A DNA stretch of 40,774 nt from a bacterium (lineage in GTDB: Bacteria; Sysuimicrobiota; Sysuimicrobiia; Sysuimicrobiales; Humicultoraceae): NCBI GenBank assembly GCA_041497675.1, contig JBGQGY010000017.1, positions 1-40,774 on the forward strand, in the 5' to 3' direction. Positions within the stretch are counted from its first letter, which is position 1; each line of letters begins with the position of its first letter. Shown here piece by piece: positions 17,713 through 26,631 of this stretch. The notes beneath the pieces were generated by a model. That model worked only from the letters and a program-made list of their open reading frames with translations. It made no database searches and had not been told where the DNA came from. A program made the position numbers and the translations under genes.

Positions 17713-17755
17713 ATAGTTTGGCCGAGGCGGTAGCTCAGTTGGAAACGGTTGTGTG

Positions 17756-17796
17756 CGACGCGGGCCACCCCGTGTTCATTCGGGTGGCCCGCGTTG
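17756..17796 (+). terminator. Strong stem-loop between flp and tadE (attenuator or mRNA stabiliser; no U-tract)
   Basis: ACGCGGGCCACCC (17758-70) / GGGTGGCCCGCGT (17782-94) form a perfect 13-bp stem with an 11-nt loop. Confidence 0.6.
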
Positions 17797-17812
17797 GTCA
17801 TGGGACGGTCGC

Positions 17813-18244
17813 ATGAAGCAGCGCGGTCAGGCCACCGTCGAGCTGGTCCTGATGATGCCGCTCCTTCTGGCATTGCTATTTCTTCTCTTTGAGTTCGGGC
17901 GCGTCTTCGGCTCGTGGATAATCATTACCAACTCGTCGCGTGAGGGGGCCAGATATGCCGTGGTGCTGGCCCAGAATTCCACGTCGAACCCCGCCATCCA
18001 GGGGCGCGTGCAGGCGACCGCCCAGTTTCTTGACGTGGACGCGGTCCCCTGTACGGGTTCTTACAGCTCGTGCATTCAGATCAATCGGACACCCTCGACG
18101 TGTGTGGAATGCACCGTCACGGTCACTGTCAGATACCGGGTGTTTACGTTGATGCCTATTACGGGCGATATCCCGTTTCTTGGGCCCATCAATTACCCGG
18201 GGTTTATGGAAGTCGTCGGAGTTTCGACAATGCGGGCCGAATAG
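17813..18244 (+). CDS. tadE: TadE-like minor pilin
   Basis: MKQRG|QATVELVLMMPLLL...EFGR....ITNSSREGARYA. Confidence 0.88.
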   Translation: MKQRGQATVELVLMMPLLLALLFLLFEFGRVFGSWIIITNSSREGARYAVVLAQNSTSNPAIQGRVQATAQFLDVDAVPCTGSYSSCIQINRTPSTCVECTVTVTVRYRVFTLMPITGDIPFLGPINYPGFMEVVGVSTMRAE

Positions 18245-18257
18245 GAGGATCCCAGCT

Positions 18258-19157
18258 ATGAAACGCAGGTGGGTCATACCCGTCGTGTCGGCCGTCCTGG
18301 CGCTCGTCACCACTGTGGTGGTCGTCGGTTACCTGCAGACCCTCAGACGGCAGGTCACCGTGGTGGCGCCGATCAAGACCGAGGCCGTCGTCTTTGCGAG
18401 GACCGCGATCGCGGAGCGCCGGATCGTAGGTGCCACCGCCCTCGAGATCCGGCAGATCCCGGCAGAGGCGGTGCACCCGCAGGCTGCGCGGCGGATCGAA
18501 GACGTCGCCGGACGGGTCGCCGTCGCTCCCATTTTCGCCGACGAACAGGTGCTCGCGCCGAAACTGGCGCCGGTCGGTGTAAATGTTGGTCTGGCATTTG
18601 TCCTCCCCAAGGACAAGCGGGCGATGACCATTGCGGTTAATGAAGTCGTCGGAGTGGCCGGGTTTGTCTTTCCTGGAGATCGCGTGGACGTCGTGGCGAC
18701 GGTCCACAACGACAAGATCAACCTGACGAAGATCGTGCTTCAGGACGTCGAGGTCATGGCGATCGCGCAGAAGGTCGAGCAGAAGCCGGGAGAGGAGCCC
18801 CGCGTCACCACTTCGGCGACGCTGGCGCTCACGCCTCAGCAGACCGAGGCGCTGGCCGAGATCGATAACAACGGACGCGTGCGCCTGGCCCTCAGGCCCC
18901 ATGGGGTGGACGACAGGGTGCAGACTGCCGGGCAAACCATCGAGACGGCCATTGGACGTACCTCGACGGCCGTCGCTGCCGCCCCGGCTACGAGCGTGCG
19001 TACAGCCTCTGCTACCGCACGTACGCGGGCTCGGCGCGAGGCTGCAACCGTGGCGGCCGTACCGCCGCCGACCCTCAAGCCGACCGCCGTGCACAGTGTC
19101 GAGCTCTGGAGGGCGACTGCGAAATCGACGGTGCAGTTCGAGGAGCCCCGTCCATGA
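18258..19157 (+). CDS. cpaB: Flp pilus assembly protein CpaB/RcpC
   Basis: N-terminal TM, SAF-like region, KRAMTIAVNEVVGVAGFVFPGDRVDVV, LQDVEVMAI, TLALTP, LALRP; SD AGGAGG. Confidence 0.92.
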   Translation: MKRRWVIPVVSAVLALVTTVVVVGYLQTLRRQVTVVAPIKTEAVVFARTAIAERRIVGATALEIRQIPAEAVHPQAARRIEDVAGRVAVAPIFADEQVLAPKLAPVGVNVGLAFVLPKDKRAMTIAVNEVVGVAGFVFPGDRVDVVATVHNDKINLTKIVLQDVEVMAIAQKVEQKPGEEPRVTTSATLALTPQQTEALAEIDNNGRVRLALRPHGVDDRVQTAGQTIETAIGRTSTAVAAAPATSVRTASATARTRARREAATVAAVPPPTLKPTAVHSVELWRATAKSTVQFEEPRP

Positions 19158-20281
19158 CGAAACCAGCGGATCGCCAGCAAGAACGTGGGATGGCGGCGGT
19201 ATTCACCGTCCTTGGGTTTCTGGCGGTGACGCTTGTGGTCGGGATGTCGACCGATTTCGGCATTCTCATGCGGTATCGGCGCGCCATGCAGAACGCGTGC
19301 GACTCCGGGGTGCTTGCGGGAGGACTGAACCTCAGGTCCAGTCCGTCGACGGCGCCGGCGACCGCTCAGCGATATGCTGAGGACGACATGCGGCAAAACA
19401 ACATCGCCTGGAGTTCGGTGGATGCCACGACACTCGATCTCATGCCGACGCGGCCCGGGCTTGAAGGCGTCCGAGTCGAGGTCCATTCGAACGTTCCAAT
19501 GTTCTTCTTGCGGCTGGTCCGAGACACGGTACCGGTCGCCGTGGCGTGCACCGCCCGACTGGCGCCGGTCATCCTGACTCGGGGACTGGTTCCACTGGGC
19601 CTCAACTACGATGCCTGGCGCGCCTACAGCGGCACCAGCGGCTGCCTGCCGGTGATTCAGGGCGGCGTTCCGCTTTCGGCCCGAACGCCTCCGTGCGACT
19701 CGTTCACGATGACGTTGGACGTCAGCGCCAGGAGCAACCCGTGGGGGTCCGGGAACACGGGCATGGTTGCCATGCAGGCCCCCGGAGGTACAGGAGACTG
19801 CTTCGCCGACTGCCCTGTCGGCGCATCGTTTTGGAGGGACACGTTTATCCAGGGCTCCCCACAGCAGTATTGCTTTGATGAGGGCCAGACCGCTGCGGTC
19901 ACGGACTTCACGCTTGAGGGCCGATCGTGCGCGAACGTCAGGACGAGACCTGGAACCGTCAGCGGCCCGGTCAGGACCGCCGTTGACGCTCGGTGCGACA
20001 GCACGAACCCGCTGGATCGCATCGTCGTCATCGTGCTCCTGAACCCGGCGTATGCGACAGCCGGCAGCGGCTCCTACACCACGGAGATCTGGGGATTCGC
20101 GGCCTACGAATTGGATTGTTCCCAAAGGCCCACGGCCGGGGCTGGTAACGTGTCGATCCACGGGGGATTCGTCTCGTTCGTCTCCATGCAGGCCACCGGA
20201 ACCCACACGACGTTCGATACCGGTATCTACACGGTGGTGTTGTGCGAGGATAGTTCACCACAGAATACTTGTAGGTCGTAG
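19154..20281 (+). CDS. TadG-like pseudopilin / putative tip adhesin (Cys-rich)
   Basis: ERG cleavage-like site plus hydrophobic helix, D.G......R..Q.A.D...LAG Tad motif; 12 Cys; ATGA overlap with cpaB. Confidence 0.8.
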   Translation: MTKPADRQQERGMAAVFTVLGFLAVTLVVGMSTDFGILMRYRRAMQNACDSGVLAGGLNLRSSPSTAPATAQRYAEDDMRQNNIAWSSVDATTLDLMPTRPGLEGVRVEVHSNVPMFFLRLVRDTVPVAVACTARLAPVILTRGLVPLGLNYDAWRAYSGTSGCLPVIQGGVPLSARTPPCDSFTMTLDVSARSNPWGSGNTGMVAMQAPGGTGDCFADCPVGASFWRDTFIQGSPQQYCFDEGQTAAVTDFTLEGRSCANVRTRPGTVSGPVRTAVDARCDSTNPLDRIVVIVLLNPAYATAGSGSYTTEIWGFAAYELDCSQRPTAGAGNVSIHGGFVSFVSMQATGTHTTFDTGIYTVVLCEDSSPQNTCRS

Positions 20282-20290
20282 GAGGCCCAG

Positions 20291-21430
20291 GTGGCCCAGT
20301 TCGTGCGGGTTGTGGTCGCGACGCCCAACGAGGCGTCGCGGAATCTCATCCTCAGGGTCGTGAATCAGCACCAAGCGGCCCGGATCGTCGCCGAAGCCGA
20401 TACCGACGATCGACTCATGGATGTCGTGGCGTATCGGCGTCCCCAAGTGGTGTTCGTGTCCCCCGACCTGGCGGACATGCGGGGATTCGAGGTTGCCGAC
20501 AGACTGTCGCGGCGATATCCCGGTCTCTACATCGCGATGGTGTCACCGCGCAATGGCAACGACGAGCTTCGCCGGGCGATGAAGGCGGGAGCCCGGGAAT
20601 GCCTCGTTGAGCCCATCGGCGAGGACGCTGTGCTGCGCGTCATCGATGAGGCGAAAGACCTTGGGACGTCAATCGCCGAGCGGCGGGGAACCGTTCTGGG
20701 TATCATGTCCAGCAAAGGTGGCGTCGGCAAGAGCACCGTCGCCGTTAACCTGGCGATTGCGCTGAAGCAGATCAACAGCGCCACGCGTGTCGCCCTGGTG
20801 GACGGAGATCTGTACTTCGGCGACATCGCCGTGCTCCTAAACGCCAAGCCTGAGCGGACTATTCACGAGTTGAACACCGCCCTCGATGCGGAGATTGCGG
20901 ACCGGTTCCTCTATCAACACCCTACGGGCATCGAAATCCTGGCTGCGCCCCCGCAGACGGAACAGGCCGACGAGATCTCGCCGGACCGGTTCCGCATGAT
21001 CCTCGGCATCCTGCAGAGCCTCTACGACGTCGTCCTCGTGGACGCCACGGTGTCCGCCTTTGACACTATGCTGGCGACCCTCGACGTGGCGGATCAGATC
21101 GTCTTGTTGTCCACCCTCGATGTCGTGTGCCTGAAGGATATCGGCCAGATGCTGCGGATGCTCTCGAAACTTCGATTCCCGGCCCACAACGTCATGATTG
21201 CCGGCAACCGGTTCGACGAACGCGTCTCGCTCAGCCCGAAGGACGCCGAGCGGGCGCTGGGGATGCCCTTTAGCACGGTGCTGCCCCGGGACGACCGGAA
21301 CATCACGGCGGCCAATCGCGGGATTCCCCTGATTTTGAGTGAACCCGGCGCGCCGTTCGTCCAGAAAATCGTCGCATTCGCAAAGACGATCAACCTGCAG
21401 ACTGGGAGGGCCGAGCGTGTCTCTGCGTAG
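20291..21430 (+). CDS. cpaE: CpaE/TadZ pilus localisation protein (pseudo-receiver plus MinD-like ATPase)
   Basis: RRAMKAGARE, deviant Walker A KGGVGKST, LVDGDL.FGD, AANRGIP. Confidence 0.88.
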   Translation: MAQFVRVVVATPNEASRNLILRVVNQHQAARIVAEADTDDRLMDVVAYRRPQVVFVSPDLADMRGFEVADRLSRRYPGLYIAMVSPRNGNDELRRAMKAGARECLVEPIGEDAVLRVIDEAKDLGTSIAERRGTVLGIMSSKGGVGKSTVAVNLAIALKQINSATRVALVDGDLYFGDIAVLLNAKPERTIHELNTALDAEIADRFLYQHPTGIEILAAPPQTEQADEISPDRFRMILGILQSLYDVVLVDATVSAFDTMLATLDVADQIVLLSTLDVVCLKDIGQMLRMLSKLRFPAHNVMIAGNRFDERVSLSPKDAERALGMPFSTVLPRDDRNITAANRGIPLILSEPGAPFVQKIVAFAKTINLQTGRAERVSA

Positions 21431-22715
21431 ACGCCTCGAGGAGATCACGGAAACCGTTGGGTTCTGGGCCGACCCATATCAAAGCCTGAAAAACACGGTG
21501 CACCGGCGGTTGATCGAGGAGATGGGGCGGCGAGGGGCAGCCGGCACGGGTCGTGAGGAGATCGAGAGAGAAGTGGCCCGCATCCTCGACCGCGAGAACG
21601 ATCTGCTGACGCGCGAAGACCGAACCCGGCTGATCAAGGATATCGTCAATGAGGCCCTCGGGTACGGGCCGATCGAGCCCCTCATCCAGGACCCAACGGT
21701 CACTGAAGTGATGGTGAACGGTGCCAATCAGGTGTTCGTCGAACAGGGCGGGAAGATCTACCCCACGGATGTGCGGTTTCGAGACGATCAACACGTGATG
21801 CGGATCGTCGAGAAGATCGTGTCTGAGGTGGGCCGGCGCATCGATGAGAGTCAGCCGTACGTCGACGCCCGCCTGCCGGACGGCTCGCGGGTGAACGCCA
21901 TCATTCCCCCGCTGGCGCTGAACGGACCGTGCCTGACCATTAGGAAGTTCTCGCGGGAACCCTTTACCGACGCGGATCTGATCCGGTTCGGGACACTGAC
22001 CGACGAGGTCAGGGACCTGCTCGATGCGTGTGTGCGGGCCAAGCTGAATACCTTGATCTCCGGCGGGACGGGATCCGGTAAGACCACATTGCTGAACGTG
22101 GTGAGCGCGTTCATCCCGGCGAGTGAGCGGATCCTCACGATCGAGGACGCCGCCGAACTGCAACTGAAGCAGCCACACTGGGTGCGCCTTGAAACCCGCC
22201 CTCCGAACATCGAGGGCCGGGGACAGGTGACCCAGCGTGACCTGGTCCGGAACGCGCTGCGCATGCGCCCCGACCGGATCCTCGTGGGTGAGGTCCGCGG
22301 CGGGGAAGCGCTGGACATGCTGCAGGCGATGAATACCGGGCACGAAGGAAGCCTGACGACCGTCCACGCCAACACGGCTCGGGACGCGTTGGCCCGGGTC
22401 GAAACCATGGTGTTGATGGCCGGGATCGATCTGCCCACGCGGGCGATCCGGGAGCAGATGGCCTCTGCGTTCCATGTCCTGATCCACATGGCGCGGTTTA
22501 GCGATGGTACCCGGAAGATCGCCAAGATCGCTGAGGTCACGGGGATGGAGGGCGACGTCATTACCATGCAGGACATTGTCGTCTTCACACCGTCAGGCAT
22601 CTCTCCCGACGGGCAGGTCCAGGGTCGGCAAGTGTTCACCGGGCTTCGCCCAAGGTTCTACGATCGGATGAAGGCGATGGGGATCGAGCTGGCGCTTTCC
22701 ATCTTCCTTCGGTGA
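21417..22715 (+). CDS. cpaF: CpaF/TadA pilus assembly ATPase
   Basis: GYGPIEPL..DPTVTEVMVNG, VDARLPDGSRVN, GGTGSGKTT, TIEDAAEL, LRMRPDRILVGEVRG.EA, MNTGH; GTG start after GGGAGGG. Confidence 0.95.
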   Translation: MSLRRRLEEITETVGFWADPYQSLKNTVHRRLIEEMGRRGAAGTGREEIEREVARILDRENDLLTREDRTRLIKDIVNEALGYGPIEPLIQDPTVTEVMVNGANQVFVEQGGKIYPTDVRFRDDQHVMRIVEKIVSEVGRRIDESQPYVDARLPDGSRVNAIIPPLALNGPCLTIRKFSREPFTDADLIRFGTLTDEVRDLLDACVRAKLNTLISGGTGSGKTTLLNVVSAFIPASERILTIEDAAELQLKQPHWVRLETRPPNIEGRGQVTQRDLVRNALRMRPDRILVGEVRGGEALDMLQAMNTGHEGSLTTVHANTARDALARVETMVLMAGIDLPTRAIREQMASAFHVLIHMARFSDGTRKIAKIAEVTGMEGDVITMQDIVVFTPSGISPDGQVQGRQVFTGLRPRFYDRMKAMGIELALSIFLR

Positions 22716-22725
22716 GGGCGCGACA

Positions 22726-23664
22726 ATGTGGGCGCTGACTCTCGTCGTGTTCGCCACGTGCTCGTGGCTCTTCTACCTGCTCGTGGCCAGGCTCATGGGG
22801 CCGCGACTGGCGGTCGCAGACCGGCTGGCGACTGTCGGCGCGGCGTCGCAGCCGCCGGTCCAGGCACCCTTTCGGTGGAGCAGCATGCCGGCAGCAGACC
22901 GCATCATGGGGCGCCTCGACTTCTCGCGATCCCTGGAGTATCTGCTCGACGAGGCGGATCTCCCGATGAAACCGTTCGAATTTGTTCTTCTGCTCATCGT
23001 CTGCGCACTGGGCCTGACCGCGGCCGGCCTGGTCGCGGGACGCGGGACGGCCATCGCGGTGCTCATGGGCATGCTCGGGTTCCTCGCGCCCATCGTGTGG
23101 GTGCGCCTGCGGCGTCTGGGCAGGCGGGACGCGTTCAACCGTCAGATTCCAGACGCCCTTCAGGCGATCGGCAACTCGCTGCGGGCGGGTTATGGATTTG
23201 GTCAGGGGATGGGAGTCGTGGCAAAGGACCTGCCGCGCCCCATTTCTGCGGAGTTTGCTCGGGCGCTTCGCGAGATGAACCTCGGGATGACGGTCGAGGA
23301 CGTCTTGCGGGATATGACACGCCGCATGCAGAGCGTGGACTTCGAGCTCGCGGTCTCGGGCATCCTTATCAACCGTCAGGTCGGCGGCAATCTGGCCGAG
23401 CTCCTCGATCACATCACCAACACAATCCGGGAGCGCGTGAAGCTGCAGGCGTTTATCCGGGTGCTGACGGCGGAGCAGCGGCTGTCGGCCTTGGTCATCA
23501 TGGCCGTGCCGCCGGTGCTGTTCGTCATTCTCTTCGTCGCCTGGCGGGAGTACATGAAGTATATCCTCATTACGCGCATCGGCCTGGCGTTGCTGGCGGT
23601 TGCCCTGGTGATGCAGTTGGTCGGGATCTACTTCATTCGGCGCATTGTTGATATCGAGGTCTAG
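22726..23664 (+). CDS. tadB: TadB inner-membrane platform protein (T2SSF family)
   Basis: QIPDAL..IGNSLRAGY, PISAEF, QVGGNLAELL, IRER, LTAEQRLS. Confidence 0.9.
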   Translation: MWALTLVVFATCSWLFYLLVARLMGPRLAVADRLATVGAASQPPVQAPFRWSSMPAADRIMGRLDFSRSLEYLLDEADLPMKPFEFVLLLIVCALGLTAAGLVAGRGTAIAVLMGMLGFLAPIVWVRLRRLGRRDAFNRQIPDALQAIGNSLRAGYGFGQGMGVVAKDLPRPISAEFARALREMNLGMTVEDVLRDMTRRMQSVDFELAVSGILINRQVGGNLAELLDHITNTIRERVKLQAFIRVLTAEQRLSALVIMAVPPVLFVILFVAWREYMKYILITRIGLALLAVALVMQLVGIYFIRRIVDIEV

Positions 23665-23673
23665 GAGACCAAC

Positions 23674-24633
23674 GTGGAGCCTGCGCTGATCGGACTGCTG
23701 GTGTTTACCACGATCTTCCTGGGGGGCATGGCGCTGCTCAGACGCGCCCCCGAACAGGAGGCGGTTGGGGCCAGGCTGCTGGAGATCGAGCACCAGCGGT
23801 CTCCCCGGGCCATGCTGCTCACGGTGCCCTATCACCGGCGCGTCCTTCTCCCGGTCCTCAAATCCATCGTCGGCGCCGCGGCCAACCTCCTGCCTCCGAA
23901 TTCGATCGGAGAGGCGCAGAAGCGCCTCGTCATGGCCGGCCGGCGCACCGCCAACCCCGTGTTGTGGATTCTCCGCAAATGGGCCCAGGCCGGCGTGGCG
24001 GGGGCGCTTGTCTACCTCGCCGCGGGGCACTTCCGTTTGCCCGCTTTGACCCAGATCCTCGTGGCGCTCGGTGCGGGTGGGTGGGTGTATCTGTGGCCGG
24101 AGGTGCAGGTCCGGAGCGCGATTCTGGAGCGGCAGAACAAGATCGTCAAGGAACTGCCGGAGACCCTGGACCTGCTCACCATCTCGGTGGAGGCCGGACT
24201 CGGGCTCGATCAGGCGCTGGAGACCGTGACGGCGAAGCGCGCGGGGCCGCTCTCCGACGAAATCCGGGCCTACCTGGAGGAGGTCAGGCTGGGCCGCGAC
24301 CGCCAGGAAGCCCTGAGGGCCATCGGGAGCCGCACCGGCGTCGAGGACCTCATCTCCTTGGCCGCGACCCTGACCCAGGCGATGGAGTTCGGGGTGAGCA
24401 TTGGGCTCGTCCTGCGCATCCAGGCGGACGCGGTACGCACGCGCCGGCGCCAGCGGATCGAAGAGCATGCTATGAAAGCCCCGGTCAAGATGTTGTTCCC
24501 GCTGATCTTCCTGATCCTACCGGCACTGTTCGTCGTCGTCGCGGGGCCCGGGTTGATCAGGGCCTACGAGGAGTTCGTCAAACCCACGGGGCCGTCGCAA
24601 TTTAGGCCTCCGGCACAGCAAATTCGTCGATGA
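23674..24633 (+). CDS. tadC: TadC inner-membrane platform protein
   Basis: ELPETLDLLTISVEAGLGLDQAL, LR.QA...R.RRRQRIEE.AMKAPVKMLFPL. Confidence 0.92.
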   Translation: MEPALIGLLVFTTIFLGGMALLRRAPEQEAVGARLLEIEHQRSPRAMLLTVPYHRRVLLPVLKSIVGAAANLLPPNSIGEAQKRLVMAGRRTANPVLWILRKWAQAGVAGALVYLAAGHFRLPALTQILVALGAGGWVYLWPEVQVRSAILERQNKIVKELPETLDLLTISVEAGLGLDQALETVTAKRAGPLSDEIRAYLEEVRLGRDRQEALRAIGSRTGVEDLISLAATLTQAMEFGVSIGLVLRIQADAVRTRRRQRIEEHAMKAPVKMLFPLIFLILPALFVVVAGPGLIRAYEEFVKPTGPSQFRPPAQQIRR

Positions 24634-24671
24634 GTCGACATCACAGTTCCCTTGGAGGAGGCTCGACAGCC

Positions 24672-26171
24672 ATGCGCTCCATAACGGCGGCCCTTCTCAT
24701 CAGCTTCATGATCATCGTCATCGCTCCGAGTGCGCACGCCGACGAGACGGTGATGATTCAGGTCAATCATGGGATGCTGCTGAAGGTCAGCAATGTCGAG
24801 CGAGTCGTCGTCGCAGCGCCGGATATTGCCGACGTGAACATCATCACACGTAGCCAGTTGATGCTCGTCGCCAAGAAGGTGGGCGAAACGACGATCAGCG
24901 TGTGGGATGCCAGAGGCTATACTGCCTATCGGGTGGTCATTGCCGGCGCTCCCGCGACCGACATTATCAAGGCCCTGGGCGAGGTCTTGCGGGAGCCGAG
25001 CGTGGTCGTCAAGGTTGTGGGCGACGCGATTGTGCTCGAAGGGAGCGTGAAGACCAGCGTGGACAAGGCCCGAGCCGAGAGCATCGCGTCCGCGTTTGGT
25101 CGAAAAGTCATCAACGTGCTGAGGGTTGAGCAGGTGACCCCGCCGCCGCCCTCGACGACGCAGGTCTTGGAAGCGCAGGTGCTGGACGCGCTGAAGGGCC
25201 TGCCGGTGGTCATCAAAGTCATCCGGAACTCTTCCAATGAAGATACGATTCTTATCGAAGGAACAGTAGCCAACCAAGCCGAGTTGACCCGACTCGAGAC
25301 GATTGTCAAGGCCCTCGTGAAGAACGCCGTGTTGCTCGTTCGTGTTCGGGACCCCCGCCAGATCCGGGTCGATGCCACGTTTGTGGAGATCGACCGGCAG
25401 GCCCTACAGCAGATGGGCGTCGAGTGGGGGGGAGGGAGTCCGGCGACTACGCCCGCTCCTGGTGCCCCTGTTCTTGCACCCTCCATCACCGATCCGTTCG
25501 CGTTCCACTTCGGCTTCTTCGATCCGAGCAATCCGTTCACTCCCCTACAGGTCTTGGTGGCCCGGTTGCGCCTGCTGGAGTCGCGTGGCGTGGCCAGGGT
25601 ACTGTCCAACCCGCGCCTGGTGGTGTTGGAGGGCCGGCCCGGCAAGCTGGTGGTCGGCGGCGAGCTCCCGGTTCCGATCGTTGGCGCCGATCGCACGGTC
25701 ACCGTCCAGTTCAAGGAATTCGGCATCCGGCTCGAATTCTGCGTGAATTCGATCCTGCGGAAGCAGAACGACCAGCTCGACTGCGTGCGGGGCCAGGAGT
25801 TCGGCACCGGTGACGGCGTCACCATGGACCTGCGCACCGAGGTGAGCAGCCTCGACTTTGCCAACGCAATCGTCGCGGCGGGCTTTCTCATCCCCACGAT
25901 CAAGAAGCGTGAAGTGCAGACGATGATCATCATGCGCCCGGGCGAGTTCCTGGTGCTGGGCGGCCTGATCCAACGCGAGGTCAGCCAGAATGTTTCCAGG
26001 ATTCCTCTCCTCGGCGATCTTCCCATTCTCGGCGCCCTGTTTCGCAGCACCAGGTTCCAACGCGGGGAAACGGAACTCGTGATCTTCGTGTCGCCGAGCG
26101 TTGTGGCGCCGACCAGAGAGCAGCCGGCGGTCCCTGCCGAACCATCGCCGGTACCGTCGCCAGCGCCGTAG
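24672..26171 (+). CDS. cpaC: CpaC/RcpA-type outer-membrane secretin with BON-like domains
   Basis: Signal peptide (AHA-D), PDIADV..GETT N-domain, VGGELPVP, FKEFGI.L, LGGLI, IPLLGDLPILGALFRS..FQ..ETELVIFVSP. Confidence 0.92.
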   Translation: MRSITAALLISFMIIVIAPSAHADETVMIQVNHGMLLKVSNVERVVVAAPDIADVNIITRSQLMLVAKKVGETTISVWDARGYTAYRVVIAGAPATDIIKALGEVLREPSVVVKVVGDAIVLEGSVKTSVDKARAESIASAFGRKVINVLRVEQVTPPPPSTTQVLEAQVLDALKGLPVVIKVIRNSSNEDTILIEGTVANQAELTRLETIVKALVKNAVLLVRVRDPRQIRVDATFVEIDRQALQQMGVEWGGGSPATTPAPGAPVLAPSITDPFAFHFGFFDPSNPFTPLQVLVARLRLLESRGVARVLSNPRLVVLEGRPGKLVVGGELPVPIVGADRTVTVQFKEFGIRLEFCVNSILRKQNDQLDCVRGQEFGTGDGVTMDLRTEVSSLDFANAIVAAGFLIPTIKKREVQTMIIMRPGEFLVLGGLIQREVSQNVSRIPLLGDLPILGALFRSTRFQRGETELVIFVSPSVVAPTREQPAVPAEPSPVPSPAP

Positions 26172-26196
26172 CGGCCACAGCCACAGGGGGCAGTCG

Positions 26197-26631
26197 ATGT
26201 ACGTCGTGAACAGGACGCGCAGCACCTATCTAGGGGTGGATATTCGACTGGCGAATTCGTTCCGGTCACGCCTCATGGGACTGCAGGCCTACCGGGAGAT
26301 TCCATTTGGCGACGGCGTCTGGCTGGTGCCGTGCAACTCGATCGTGACGTTTCGGATGCGGTTTGCTATTGACGCGGTCTTTCTGGATAGGGACGGTCGC
26401 GTCGTGCGCGTCGTGGAGAACATTTCGCCTGGGAAAGTCGTGTGGCCCATTCGCAGGGCGCACTCGGTCCTCGAGTTGCCCGCGGGCGTGGTGCGCAGCA
26501 GCGAGACTCGGGACGGAGACATGATCGAGTGCATCGATGACGTCGTGCGCCCGGTCCGGTCGCGCGACGGGCAAGCCGGGACGTCCCGTGCGTCGACTGA
26601 GAAGGAGGCGTCGCCGCTCGGCCGGGATTGA
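26197..26631 (+). CDS. DUF192 family protein (commonly Tad-associated)
   Basis: A.SF..RL.GL, PCNSI.TF.MRFAID.VFLD, SVLELPAG. Confidence 0.85.
   Translation: MYVVNRTRSTYLGVDIRLANSFRSRLMGLQAYREIPFGDGVWLVPCNSIVTFRMRFAIDAVFLDRDGRVVRVVENISPGKVVWPIRRAHSVLELPAGVVRSSETRDGDMIECIDDVVRPVRSRDGQAGTSRASTEKEASPLGRD

Noticed and set aside
17724..17800. Second tRNA gene
   Set aside because: Only the 5' approximately 19 nt are tRNA-like; there is no D-stem partner, anticodon arm, proper T arm or CCA end. Kept only as a finding.
22636..24468. Long alternative ORFs (e.g. 22636-24468 -, 2560-3996 -, 18836-20206 -, 24926-26269 -, 32758-34413 +, 22728-23651 +)
   Set aside because: Shadow frames of well-supported genes, expected from high GC; R/P/G-rich low-information translations without family motifs.
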